Below are positions 15,338 to 23,773 of a DNA stretch of 32,713 nt, piece after piece (the first letter of the stretch is position 1; every line of letters starts with the position of its first letter). The notes beneath the pieces were generated by a model. The model did not search any database, was not told the DNA's origin, and saw only the letters and a program-made list of their open reading frames with translations. A program made the translations under genes and the position numbers. The stretch covers positions 10,240-42,952 of the forward strand of contig CAYIRZ010000002.1 of the NCBI GenBank assembly GCA_964365845.1. The letters are read 5' to 3'. This DNA comes from an uncultured Streptomycetaceae bacterium. GTDB lineage: Bacteria; Pseudomonadota; Gammaproteobacteria; Burkholderiales; SG8-41.

Positions 15338-16429
15338 TCACGCCGACTGTGTCTCTTCCGCGAGCTGGGCGAGTAGTTCGGCCTGGTGTTCGGCGGAGAG
15401 CGCTTCGTTAAGCGCATCGAGATCGCCGTCCATGATCTGCGCGATCTTGTAGAGCGTGAGGTTGATGCGATGGTCCGTGACGCGCCCTTGCGGAAAATTG
15501 TAGGTGCGGATGCGCTCGGAGCGGTCGCCGCTGCCGATCAATGACTTGCGGGTGGCGGCCGTCTTCGCCTGCTGCTCGCGCAACTGCTTGTCCTTGATCC
15601 GGGCCGCGAGCACGGCCAGCGCGCGCGCCTTGTTCTTGTGCTGCGAGCGGTCGTCCTGACATTCGACGACAATGCCGGTCGGCAGATGCGTCACGCGAAT
15701 CGCGGAATCGGTCTTGTTGATATGCTGGCCGCCGGCGCCGGAAGCGCGGAAGGTGTCTATTCTCAACTCCGAGGGATTCAACACCACTTCGGCCACTTCA
15801 TCGGCTTCCGGCATCACCGCCACGGTGCATGCCGAAGTGTGGATGCGGCCCTGCGTCTCGGTCACCGGCACGCGCTGCACGCGGTGCCCGCCGGATTCGA
15901 ACTTGAGCTTGGAATAGGCGCCACGACCGATGATCCTGGCAATGATCTCCTTGTAGCCCCCCATCTCGCCCGGACTTTGCGAGATCACTTCGACCTGCCA
16001 GCCGCTGCGCTCGGCGAATCGCGAGTACATGCGGAACAGCTCGCCCGCGAACAATGCCGATTCGTCACCGCCGGTGCCCGCGCGAATTTCCAGGAAAATG
16101 TTGCGGTCGTCGTTGGGGTCCTTGGGCAGAAGCTGCTTTTGCAGCGCGGCTTCGATTTTCTCCAGATGCTCGCGCGCTTCGCGGATTTCCGCTTCCGCAA
16201 ATTCGCGCAGCGCCGGGTCACCCGCCATATCCTGGGCCGTTTGAATGTCCCGCTCGCGGCCGCGATACGCGTTGTAGAGTTCGACCACCGGCGCGATTTC
16301 CGCGTGCTCGCGCGTAATTTTGCGGTAATGTTCCATGTTGGCAGTCGCTTGTTCGGAATTCAGGAAGTGGTTGATTTCCTCGAGACGATCCGACAGCTGC
16401 GCCAGCTTGGCGGCGATACTCTGCTTCAT
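15338..16429 (-). CDS. prfA: peptide chain release factor 1
   Basis: I trimmed the track ORF to the ATG at 16429 (363 aa): [19 protein letters not shown]... It has the PxT tripeptide anticodon ([10 protein letters not shown]) and the GGQ motif ([14 protein letters not shown]). Confidence 0.95.
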   Translation of the reverse strand: MKQSIAAKLAQLSDRLEEINHFLNSEQATANMEHYRKITREHAEIAPVVELYNAYRGRERDIQTAQDMAGDPALREFAEAEIREAREHLEKIEAALQKQLLPKDPNDDRNIFLEIRAGTGGDESALFAGELFRMYSRFAERSGWQVEVISQSPGEMGGYKEIIARIIGRGAYSKLKFESGGHRVQRVPVTETQGRIHTSACTVAVMPEADEVAEVVLNPSELRIDTFRASGAGGQHINKTDSAIRVTHLPTGIVVECQDDRSQHKNKARALAVLAARIKDKQLREQQAKTAATRKSLIGSGDRSERIRTYNFPQGRVTDHRINLTLYKIAQIMDGDLDALNEALSAEHQAELLAQLAEETQSA

Positions 16430-16448
16430 GTAAGACCGGTACCCTGTT

Positions 16449-17702
16449 TCATTCCGGACGCGGGATCTGGTAGACCCGCCGCAATACCTCGGCCAGTTGC
16501 TCGCGCTCCTCTTCGCTGGCGTAATTAAGCGCATGGGTCGGGGCATGCAGCAGTTTATTGGTAAGCGCGTGAGACAAATATTCGATCACCCGCTGCGGAT
16601 CCTCGCCCTTGGACAGCCGGCGCACCGCGCGCTCCAGTTCGTGGCGGCGCGAACGCTCGGCGGTGTCGCGCAACGCGCGGATGGTCGGCACCAGTTCGCG
16701 GTTGCCGAGCCAGTGCATGAAATCCGTCACCTGGTTTTCGATAATCACTTCCGCCTGGGAAACCGCATTCTGGCGAATATCCAGGCCGGTGCGCGCAATC
16801 TTGCCGAGGTCGTCGACGGTATAAATAAATACGTCGTCGAGCGTGCCGACCTCGCTCTCGATGTCGCGCGGCACGGCCAGATCGAACATCAGGATCGGGC
16901 GGTGTTTGCGCGCCTTTAAAGCGCTTTCGGTAACGCCTTTGCCGATGATGGGCAGGGGACTGGCGGTACAGCATACGACGATGTCGTGAAGCGCCAGTTG
17001 CGCCGGCAGATCGTTGAGCGTGATGGTGCGGCCGAGAAAACGATCGGCAAGCTGCTGCGCGCGTTCCGGCGTGCGGTTGGCGAAAGTCATGTGCCGCGGA
17101 TGGTGGGCGGCAAAATGCGTGGCGCAGAGTTCGATCATCTCGCCGGCGCCGATGAACAGCATGTTCTGCCCGGCGATGCTGGGGTAGATGCGCTGCGCAA
17201 GCTGTACCGCGGCAGAAGCCATCGATATCGTGCTGGCGCCGATGTCGGTTTCGCTGCGCACCGCCTTGGCGACCGAGAAGGTGCGCTGGAACAGCTTGTT
17301 GAGCAGGAAGCCCAGAGTGCCGGCGGCGGTCGCGGTACGCACCGCATTCTTGAACTGGCCGAGAATCTGCGGCTCGCCCAGCACCATGGAATCGAGGCCG
17401 CTCGCGACGCGAAACGCGTGCTTCACTGCCTTTTCCTGCGGCAGTTGATACAGATACGGCTCGAGCTGCTGGGGCTTGAGCCGGTGATAACCGGCAAGCC
17501 AGTCGACCACCAGCCCCGGGACATCGGTATTACAGTAGACCTCGGTGCGATTGCAGGTCGAAATAATCGCCGCCTCTTTTACCGGCTGGCGATCGACCAG
17601 GTCACGCAGCGCCTGCACCAGATTTTCGGCGTGAAAAACCACCTGCTCGCGCACCGCGAGCGGGGCGGTCTGGTGATTGATGCCGAAAGCGAAAAGCTGC
17701 AT
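16449..17702 (-). CDS. hemA: glutamyl-tRNA reductase
   Basis: I trimmed the track ORF to the ATG at 17702 (417 aa): [21 protein letters not shown]...[10 protein letters not shown]...GEPQILGQ...NAD-binding IGAGEM. The hemA-prfA-prmC order is conserved. Confidence 0.95.
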   Translation of the reverse strand: MQLFAFGINHQTAPLAVREQVVFHAENLVQALRDLVDRQPVKEAAIISTCNRTEVYCNTDVPGLVVDWLAGYHRLKPQQLEPYLYQLPQEKAVKHAFRVASGLDSMVLGEPQILGQFKNAVRTATAAGTLGFLLNKLFQRTFSVAKAVRSETDIGASTISMASAAVQLAQRIYPSIAGQNMLFIGAGEMIELCATHFAAHHPRHMTFANRTPERAQQLADRFLGRTITLNDLPAQLALHDIVVCCTASPLPIIGKGVTESALKARKHRPILMFDLAVPRDIESEVGTLDDVFIYTVDDLGKIARTGLDIRQNAVSQAEVIIENQVTDFMHWLGNRELVPTIRALRDTAERSRRHELERAVRRLSKGEDPQRVIEYLSHALTNKLLHAPTHALNYASEEEREQLAEVLRRVYQIPRPE

Positions 17703-17773
17703 GGGACGGAAACCGAAAAAGGGACTGTATATTATATACTTACGGCGCCCCCGCAAGAACCCCTCAGAATGGA

Positions 17774-17800
17774 CAGGATTAACAGGATTAACGAGATTAA
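17774..17800. repeat. three tandem 9-mers CAGGATTAA CAGGATTAA CGAGATTAA upstream of hemA
   Basis: Read directly. It lies 72 nt upstream of the hemA ATG, in the intergenic region. Confidence 0.7.
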
Positions 17801-17822
17801 AACCCCGGAATCATTTAGTTTT

Positions 17823-17865
17823 TTTCATTTCAGGAGTTCGTCGGGGCTAAGTCCGACAAACTCCT
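17823..17865. repeat. REP-like hairpin element, copy 1 (TTTCATTTCAGGAGTTCGTCGG-GGCTAAGT-CCGACAAACTCCT)
   Basis: This 43-nt element differs at 2 positions from 21771-21813. It has a 12-bp stem (one mismatch here) and an 8-nt loop. It overlaps the stop codon of the dehydrogenase gene. Confidence 0.8.
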
Positions 17866-18859
17866 AAGCGGAGCGTTCGTTCAGCAGCGTCTCGCCCCGC
17901 GCCCACCTGGCCAGATTGGTGAGAAACACTTCAGCGGCACGGTGCTCGTTGCCGGCCGAGGCCGAAGCGTTATGCGGCGTGACGAGCACATTGGGCAAAT
18001 CCCACAACGGCGAATCGGACGGCAGCGGCTCCTTTTCGAACACGTCGAGGTAAGCGCCGCCAAGATGCCCGCTTTGCAACGCATCGGTCAGCGCTTGCTG
18101 GTCGGCAACACCGCCGCGTGCAACATTGATGATATGGGCGCCCTTGGGCAATAAGGCAAGGGTCCCGGCATTGACGAGATGCCGCGTTGCGGCGGTGAGC
18201 GGACAGGCGAGCACCAGCCAGTCGCAGCGCGGCAACACTTCGGGCAGCGCCGCGAGCGTATGCATTTCATCGACCGGATCGCCGGACTGCATGGGACGCC
18301 GGCGCACGCCGATGACGTGCATTCCCAGTGCCTGGCAGAAGCGCGCCACGGTCGCCCCTATCGTCCCCAGCCCGATGACGGAGACGGTTTGCCCGCGCAG
18401 ATCCCTGGGTACCGCGGAGCCGCGCATCGGCTCCCAGGCGCGGCGGCGTTGCGCGTCTATCCAGCGCGGAAATCCGCGCGCGAGCATCAGCAGGCCGCAA
18501 ATCGCGGTCTGCGCCACCGGCTCGCCGTTAGTGCCGGCCGAGGTGGTGAGCCTGACACCGCGCTCGATCAACGCCGGCAGGAAAGGATGCTGATCGATGC
18601 CGGTGCTGACGAAATGCACCCATTTGAGATTGCGGGCGGCGGCGACCGCGGCGCCAAAACCGTGATAATGCTCCGAGAAGCGGATATCGCGCGTGAGATA
18701 GGCGATCCCGATACGCTCGCAATCCGCGGCTGAAAGCCGGCCTCGGGGATCGTCGGGAAGGTGGACGATGTCGGTTTGGAGTCCAGCCTGCCGCGCGGCG
18801 GCGGCAAGCCTGTCGCCGTAATTGGCGGCGAATCCCTGCGACAGCAGCATGCCGGTCAT
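17864..18859 (-). CDS. D-isomer-specific 2-hydroxyacid dehydrogenase family, NAD-binding
   Basis: I trimmed the track ORF to the ATG at 18859 (331 aa); GGAGG lies 6 nt upstream. It has the Rossmann motif VIGLGTIGATVA and the catalytic-region motifs NVARGG, LDVFEKEP, TPHNAS. The upstream 44 codons read through the heptamer and REP repeats. Confidence 0.85.
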   Translation of the reverse strand: MTGMLLSQGFAANYGDRLAAAARQAGLQTDIVHLPDDPRGRLSAADCERIGIAYLTRDIRFSEHYHGFGAAVAAARNLKWVHFVSTGIDQHPFLPALIERGVRLTTSAGTNGEPVAQTAICGLLMLARGFPRWIDAQRRRAWEPMRGSAVPRDLRGQTVSVIGLGTIGATVARFCQALGMHVIGVRRRPMQSGDPVDEMHTLAALPEVLPRCDWLVLACPLTAATRHLVNAGTLALLPKGAHIINVARGGVADQQALTDALQSGHLGGAYLDVFEKEPLPSDSPLWDLPNVLVTPHNASASAGNEHRAAEVFLTNLARWARGETLLNERSA

Positions 18860-18877
18860 TACAATCCTCCGGATTGA

Positions 18878-18912
18878 GTGAAGGGTGAAGGGTGAAGGGT
18901 GAAGAGTGAACC
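18878..18912. repeat. heptanucleotide tandem repeat (GTGAAGG)x3 plus two degenerate units, just upstream of the dehydrogenase RBS
   Basis: GTGAAGG GTGAAGG GTGAAGG GTGAAGA GTGAACC. It is followed by a REP-like CCCTCACCCCGAC...CTCTCCCCC-N7-GGGGGAGAG hairpin (about 18911-18978). Confidence 0.8.
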
Positions 18913-19052
18913 CCCTCACCCCGACTCGGCCCCCTCGCTCGCTACGCTGGCTCTCCCCCGGTAGATGGGGGGAGAGAGAGGCACGTTTCACGTTTCGCGC
19001 TTTTACTTGTTATGCGATAAGTCTACGCCAACAGGGGCAGCGCTCGCCGCCC

Positions 19053-19451
19053 CTACCAAAAACACTTTACGCGAAACAATTTCATTGTGGCGTCGTCGGT
19101 GACGAGCGTAGCGCCTTCGATGATGGATTGTGCGGCGAGCATGCGGTCGAATGGGTCGCGATGCTCGATATGGAACCCACCTGCCTTGAGCGCGTGCTGG
19201 TATGAGACGGCGAGGTGGCTGAAGCCGTCGGCGACGATGAGTTCGTTGAACTCACGGACCGCGCTCTCGGCACCAGGCAGCTTGCCAATGCGATGTTTGG
19301 TCGCGATTTCCCAAGCGCTTGCCGCGCTGACGAGCACGGTATTGGCATCATCGGCGATGGCTGTCGCGGCACGTTTTGAAAGGCGCGGATCGTCTTTCCA
19401 CCACCACAGCAGCGCGTGCGTGTCGAGCAAAAGCTTCAACGGCCTTCCCAA
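19053..19451 (-). CDS. vapC: PIN-domain type II toxin (VapC family), module 1
   Basis: 132 aa: LLLDTHALLWWW...SAASAWEIATK...HRDPFDRMLAAQS...LVTDD. The start is TTG at 19451, or TTG at 19439 overlapping the antitoxin stop. Confidence 0.85.
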   Translation of the reverse strand: MGRPLKLLLDTHALLWWWKDDPRLSKRAATAIADDANTVLVSAASAWEIATKHRIGKLPGAESAVREFNELIVADGFSHLAVSYQHALKAGGFHIEHRDPFDRMLAAQSIIEGATLVTDDATMKLFRVKCFW

Positions 19452-19663
19452 GCGTTAAGCTCTGCATCGGGTAGCGGATCAAAGAACGCGTCGTCGATGA
19501 TGCCCTTCACGCGCCCGCGCTGGCGTTTCGGCGCGGCGGGAGCGAGCGGCATCATGCGTGCATACGGCTTGCCCGCTTTGGCCAGAATGATTTCTTGACC
19601 TGCGTGCGCTTGCTCCAGTAGTTTGGAAAATTGTGTTTTTGCGTCATGTACGTTAATCAGCAT
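19436..19663 (-). CDS. Phd/YefM-family type II antitoxin, module 1
   Basis: I trimmed the track ORF to the ATG at 19663 (75 aa); GGAGGG lies 9 nt upstream. Sequence: MLINVHDAKTQFSKLLEQAHAGQEIILAKAGKPYARMMPL. Confidence 0.8.
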   Translation of the reverse strand: MLINVHDAKTQFSKLLEQAHAGQEIILAKAGKPYARMMPLAPAAPKRQRGRVKGIIDDAFFDPLPDAELNAWEGR

Positions 19664-19692
19664 GGGATTGACCCTCCAAATCGACAATTTAT

Positions 19693-19721
19693 ATTGTGAC
19701 TTAGTCCATGGACTTAGTCAA
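19693..19721 (-). promoter_or_regulatory. operator/promoter of module 1: direct repeat GACTTAGTC-CATG-GACTTAGTC between TTGACT (-35) and CACAAT (-10)
   Basis: The repeats at 19698-19719 form a near-palindrome. The minus strand reads TTGACT-N17-CACAAT, about 30 nt upstream of the antitoxin ATG. Confidence 0.5.
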
Positions 19722-19879
19722 TAAGGAAACGTAGGGGTCAAAACATAGGGTTTACATAACCCTTGTATTCGATAAGTCTACGCCAGCGTAAATATAAGTC
19801 TGCCCCAATACCCGCCTGGCGTTTCCCGCCAGGAGTGCGCGCCGCCCTATTTGCGCTGGCGATGCGGTGTGCTCGATCG

Positions 19880-20266
19880 CTAAACGACGCGAATACCATC
19901 CCAGTATCGCGCGAGCAGCGCGTCGTTGGTCAACAACGTAAGCGGCTCCACGACGCTTTGCGCAACGAGCAGCCGGTCGAACGGGTCGCGATGGATGTTC
20001 GCAAGCTGCACCACTCGCGCCGCATGCGCGCCAGTCACGGGAAGCTCGACGAAACCCATCCGCGGCAAGGCCGCCAGCAAGGCCGGCACGTCGACGCGGA
20101 AATCCTTGCGCCTCAGCGCGCCCTTGATGGCGATCTCCCAGATGCTTGCCGCGCTGTAGTAAACCTCGTTGGCGGGGTCCTCAATCAGCGCCCGCGCCCC
20201 GCGCGGCAATTGGCTGCTGCTCGCCGCTGCCCATAGCAGCAGGTGCGTGTCGACCAGCAATCGCAC
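19880..20266 (-). CDS. vapC: PIN-domain type II toxin (VapC family), module 2
   Basis: I trimmed the track ORF 19880..20521 to the GTG at 20266 (128 aa). This start overlaps the antitoxin stop (TAGTG). Sequence: (M)RLLVDTHLLLWAA...SAASIWEIAIK...HRDPFDRLLVAQS...LLTND. The longer ORF reads through the antitoxin gene in another frame. Confidence 0.85.
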   Translation of the reverse strand: MRLLVDTHLLLWAAASSSQLPRGARALIEDPANEVYYSAASIWEIAIKGALRRKDFRVDVPALLAALPRMGFVELPVTGAHAARVVQLANIHRDPFDRLLVAQSVVEPLTLLTNDALLARYWDGIRVV

Positions 20267-20505
20267 TATTTGCCGCCCTCGAACGCGCGCAGCACGGACG
20301 CAGGCAGGGGCTTGTTGAAGTCGTCCGGGATTTTGAATTTTCCGTCGAGCAGCCCCAACCGGCGCGGCGCGTGGGACTTCGTCAGTGCCACGAGCTTGGC
20401 AACGGGCCTGCCCGCGCGGGCGATCACAATGTCCTCGCCTGCTTCGGCGCGCTCGACCAGCTTCGATAGCCCGGTCTTCGCCTCGTGGATATTGACTTGT
20501 TTCAT
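20266..20505 (-). CDS. Phd/YefM-family type II antitoxin, module 2
   Basis: 79 aa: MKQVNIHEAKTGLSKLVERAEAGEDIVIARAGRPVAKLVAL. Confidence 0.8.
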   Translation of the reverse strand: MKQVNIHEAKTGLSKLVERAEAGEDIVIARAGRPVAKLVALTKSHAPRRLGLLDGKFKIPDDFNKPLPASVLRAFEGGK

Positions 20506-20531
20506 CGGGGAATCCTGTCAACGATTTTTCG

Positions 20532-20567
20532 ATTAGCTAAGTTTAGCTAATGTCGCGCCAAAGTCAA
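20532..20567 (-). promoter_or_regulatory. operator/promoter of module 2: ATTAGCTAA-G-TTTAGCTAAT repeat overlapping TTGACT-N16-TAAACT
   Basis: Two copies of the palindromic octamer TTAGCTAA lie at 20533-20550. The minus-strand -35 is at 20567..20562 and the -10 at 20545..20540, about 35 nt upstream of the antitoxin ATG. Confidence 0.5.
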
Positions 20568-20634
20568 GAGTCTCAGCGCCTGGAGCGGATCACCTCAAGC
20601 CCATACGTTGTTGTATTCCCAATTCGAGCAGGTT

Positions 20635-21561
20635 TTACTTTTTCTTGCCCTTGGCGAACAACTGGTCGAGCTTCTGCTCGTACGCGTGATAGTCCAGGAA
20701 GTCATAGAGATCGCTGCGCGTCTGCATGATATCGAGCACGTTCTTCTGCGTGCCTTCCTTGCGCAGGGTCTGGTAGACCTTGAGCGCCGCCGCATTCATC
20801 GCGCGGAACGCCGACAGCGGATAAAGCACCATCGCAACGTTGACGCCTGCCAGCTCCTGAGTCGTGAACAGCGGCGTGGCGCCGAACTCGGTGAGATTGG
20901 CCAGGATAGGCACTTTCACCGCGTCCGCGAATTTCCTATACATCGCAAGCTCGGTAATCGCTTCCGGGAAAATCATGTCGGCCCCGGCCTCGACACAGGC
21001 GCAGGCGCGGTCGACCGCCGCCTGCAACCCTTCGACCGCAAGCGCGTCGGTGCGCGCCATCACCACGAAATCGCGATCGGTCTTGGCATCGACCGCCGCC
21101 TTGATGCGGTCGACCATCTCCTGCTGCGATACCAGTTCCTTGTTGGGGCGGTGACCGCAGCGTTTGGCGCCGACCTGGTCCTCGATATGCATCGCCGCCG
21201 CGCCGAATTTGATCAGCGATTTCACGGTGCGCGCGATATTGAACGCGCTCGAGCCGAAGCCGGTATCGACATCGACCAGCAACGGCAGGTCGCACACATC
21301 GGTGATGCGTCGCACGTCGGTGAGCACGTCATCAAGGTTGCTGATGCCAAGATCGGGCAGCCCCAGCGATCCCGCGGCCACGCCGCCGCCCGAAAGATAG
21401 ATGGCGCGATAGCCCGTGCGTTCGGCCAGGCGCGCGTGGTAGGCATTGATCGTGCCGATGATCTGCAGCGGCTTTTCCGCCGCCACGGCGGCACGGAAAC
21501 GCGCGCCCGCCGACGCAAGCCGGGATACCGCTCCGGAAGCTGGATCAGTCATTTGCCGCAC
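20635..21561 (-). CDS. prpB: 2-methylisocitrate lyase (PEP mutase/isocitrate lyase superfamily)
   Basis: 308 aa, nearly collinear with E. coli PrpB as I remember it: [137 protein letters not shown]. Confidence 0.9.
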   Translation of the reverse strand: MRQMTDPASGAVSRLASAGARFRAAVAAEKPLQIIGTINAYHARLAERTGYRAIYLSGGGVAAGSLGLPDLGISNLDDVLTDVRRITDVCDLPLLVDVDTGFGSSAFNIARTVKSLIKFGAAAMHIEDQVGAKRCGHRPNKELVSQQEMVDRIKAAVDAKTDRDFVVMARTDALAVEGLQAAVDRACACVEAGADMIFPEAITELAMYRKFADAVKVPILANLTEFGATPLFTTQELAGVNVAMVLYPLSAFRAMNAAALKVYQTLRKEGTQKNVLDIMQTRSDLYDFLDYHAYEQKLDQLFAKGKKK

Positions 21562-21720
21562 TCCTTACGATGGCTCTGCAAAAAAGGGCCATGCCGCCCG
21601 CATTCCCGTGTATGTTATCGCGCCAGCCACTGGTACGCCTGTCCAATGCGCATACGGGCGCACCAGCCGGCACTCGCCCGAAGGTTGAAATGATATTCCA
21701 CGATATGGGCTATTCGCCCT

Positions 21721-21813
21721 AGCAGCCTGTCGGACTTGGCTCCATTCGCCGGAACCCGTAGCGTTAGTGCTTTCATTTTAGGAGTTTGTCGGGGCTAAGT
21801 CCGACAAACTCCT
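21721..21813. repeat. composite REP-like cluster: AGCAGCCTGTCGGACTTGGC...element (21721-21763) plus hairpin element copy 2 (21771-21813)
   Basis: 21781-21812 is a perfect 12-bp stem GGAGTTTGTCGG / CCGACAAACTCC with an 8-nt loop. The reverse complement of 32589-32632 matches 21721-21763; the first 20 nt are identical. Confidence 0.8.
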
Positions 21814-21898
21814 ACCAAAACGATAGCATGAGGGAAGACATTCCGCTAATCCGGCGGCAATGGCATAATCATGGGTCTATCTCACGATCCGGACTCAT

Positions 21899-22699
21899 AT
21901 GCCACGACAAACTTCCGCCGGGCCGGGCGGCCTCTCCGGCACCCAAAGCATAGAACGCGCATTGCTCCTGCTGCGCGAGATTGCCGCGCACAATCGCGGC
22001 GGTTCGCGCCTGCTTGACCTTGCAACCCGCACCGGTCTGCAGCGCCCTACCGTGCATCGCATGCTGAAGTGCCTTGCGGCGGAAAACATAGTGCAGCAGG
22101 ACCCCGATTCCCACCGCTATTTCCTCGGTTCCATGGTGTTCGAGCTGGGACTCACCGCCGCGCCGCGCTACAACCTGAAAGAAATCTGCCATCCCGCGTT
22201 GACGCGCATCGCGGAAGCCACCGGCGACACTGCATTCCTGACGCAGCGCAGCGGGCTCGATGCGGTATGCATCGACCGGCGCGAAGGCGCTTTCCCGATC
22301 AAGACCTTCACGCTCGAAATCGGCATGCGCCGCCCGCTCGGCGTCGGCACCGGCAGCGTGGCAATACTCGGCGCGTTGTCGGAAGAGGAAATCCGCCATA
22401 CCATTGAAGCCAATGCCGCGCGTCTGCCGGAATACGGCCTGACTGCCGGCAGCCTGACCGCGCAGGTGCGGCGCGCGCAGAAGCTCGGTTACGCGGTGCG
22501 GGATGCGCCTTCCCTCGCCGGGGTGCGCTCGATCGGCGTGGCGCTGCGGAACCAGGGCAGCGTGGCATTCGCTTCGCTTTCGGTATCGACGATTTCAAGC
22601 CGCATGAACGATAAACGCGTCGCCGAGCTCGCCACCATGCTCAAGAACGAAATCCGGCTGATCGAAAAGCAGCTCGGGAGCGGTACCGATACGCGCTAA
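21899..22699 (+). CDS. IclR-family transcriptional regulator
   Basis: 266 aa. It has an N-terminal winged HTH (SIERALLLLREIA...SRLLDLATRTGLQRPTVHRMLKCL) and a C-terminal IclR effector domain. It is divergent from prpB and heads the downstream operon. Confidence 0.9.
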   Translation: MPRQTSAGPGGLSGTQSIERALLLLREIAAHNRGGSRLLDLATRTGLQRPTVHRMLKCLAAENIVQQDPDSHRYFLGSMVFELGLTAAPRYNLKEICHPALTRIAEATGDTAFLTQRSGLDAVCIDRREGAFPIKTFTLEIGMRRPLGVGTGSVAILGALSEEEIRHTIEANAARLPEYGLTAGSLTAQVRRAQKLGYAVRDAPSLAGVRSIGVALRNQGSVAFASLSVSTISSRMNDKRVAELATMLKNEIRLIEKQLGSGTDTR

Positions 22700-22747
22700 G
22701 CATCTTGGGCACGGCATTCGGAACTCATTCTTCGGAGGAAGAATCTC

Positions 22748-23773
22748 ATGTTAATCCGCATATACGCCCTGATGTCGCGCGCAAGGAGTCTTCTCCCTGC
22801 GCACGGCCTGCCGTGGGCTCCGGCGCTGTGTGCCGCTGCGCTGGCGCTTGCCGCGCCGCACGTCGCGGCGCAGCCGGCTTTCCCGTCCAAGGCTATCCGC
22901 TTCCTGGTGGGCGCTCCGCCCGGCGGGAGCAATGACCTGTTCGCGCGCGCGGTCGGCCAGCGTCTCAACGAAACGTTGGGCCAGTCGGTGGTGGTGGACA
23001 ACCGCCCGGGGGCGAATCAGATGATCGCCGCCGACATCATGGCCAAGTCGCCGCCCGACGGCCACACGATTTACATTACATCGACCTCGTTCACGACCGG
23101 CGCGGCGCTGCAGCCGAAACTGCCGTTCGATCCCGTCAACGACATCGCGGGCATTACCATGCTGGGCAAAGGCCCTTTGGTTTATGTGGTGCATCCCACG
23201 CTCCCCGCAAAAACCATGAAGGAGTTGATCGCGCTCGCCCGCGCCAGGCCCGGACAGCTCAACTTCACCTCGTCCGGCATCGGCGGCATCAATCACCTGG
23301 GCACCGAGGTGCTCATGGCAGCCGCCAAAATCAACATGGCCCACATCCCTCACAAGGGAATGGCGCCCGCCCTCATCGACCTCATCAGTGGCGAGGTTCA
23401 GGTGCTGCTGGTAAGCCTGCCCTCGGTTTCAGCCCAGATGAAAGCGGGCCGGTTGCGCGCGCTGGCGGTGAGCACGGCCCAGCGCTCGTCTTTCATGCCC
23501 GAGCTGCCGACGGTTGCGGAGTCCGGCGTGCCGGGTTATGACGTTTCGCTGTGGTGGGGTGTATTCGCCCCGATCAAGACGCCGAAACCCGTCATCGACA
23601 GGCTCAACGCGGAAATCCGCAAGGCGCTTGCCACCGACGCGATGAAAAAGCAGTTCGCCGATTTTGGCGCCGAGCCGTCGCCGATGACCGCGGAGGCCTT
23701 CAGCGCGATGGTCAAGAGCGAGATCGCGAAGTGGAGCAAAGTGATCAAGGACGCCAACATCAAGTCCGAGTGA
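22748..23773 (+). CDS. Bug-family (TctC-like) substrate-binding protein
   Basis: 341 aa with a signal peptide (ALAAPHVAAQ). Motifs: PSKAIRFLVGAPPGG, VVVDNRPGAN, DGHT, NFTSSGIGGINHL, IPHKGMAPALIDLISGE. The start is uncertain (ATG at 22748 or 22772). Confidence 0.85.
   Translation: MLIRIYALMSRARSLLPAHGLPWAPALCAAALALAAPHVAAQPAFPSKAIRFLVGAPPGGSNDLFARAVGQRLNETLGQSVVVDNRPGANQMIAADIMAKSPPDGHTIYITSTSFTTGAALQPKLPFDPVNDIAGITMLGKGPLVYVVHPTLPAKTMKELIALARARPGQLNFTSSGIGGINHLGTEVLMAAAKINMAHIPHKGMAPALIDLISGEVQVLLVSLPSVSAQMKAGRLRALAVSTAQRSSFMPELPTVAESGVPGYDVSLWWGVFAPIKTPKPVIDRLNAEIRKALATDAMKKQFADFGAEPSPMTAEAFSAMVKSEIAKWSKVIKDANIKSE

Noticed and set aside
15190-15417. Long N-terminal extensions in track ORFs: prmC to 15417, prfA to 16546, hemA to 17756, dehydrogenase to 18991, CaiB to 23551, vapC2 to 20521, Ldh_2 to 9363, higB to 5096, methyltransferase to 29147
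   Set aside because: The extensions are Arg/Pro-rich, overlap upstream genes or repeats, and precede the point where the conserved family N-termini begin. Internal starts with plausible RBS or stop-start overlaps were chosen instead.
17833-17864. The 12-bp GGAGTTCGTCGG/CCGACAAACTCC hairpin as the intrinsic terminator of the dehydrogenase gene
   Set aside because: On the transcribed (minus) strand the stem is followed by TGAAATGAAAAAAAC, not a U-tract. An almost identical copy lies in a divergent promoter region (21781-21812). A dispersed-repeat explanation fits better, although a role in 3'-end stabilisation is not excluded.
19000-20570. Possibility that the two VapBC modules are integron gene cassettes with attC sites
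   Set aside because: No intI integrase or attI is in the window. The candidate core sites (GTTATGC at about 19009, GTTATGT near 19756 on the minus strand) violate the GTTRRRY/RYYYAAC consensus. I could not build the imperfect R''-L''/L'-R' palindrome. The idea survives only as a shared-16-mer observation.
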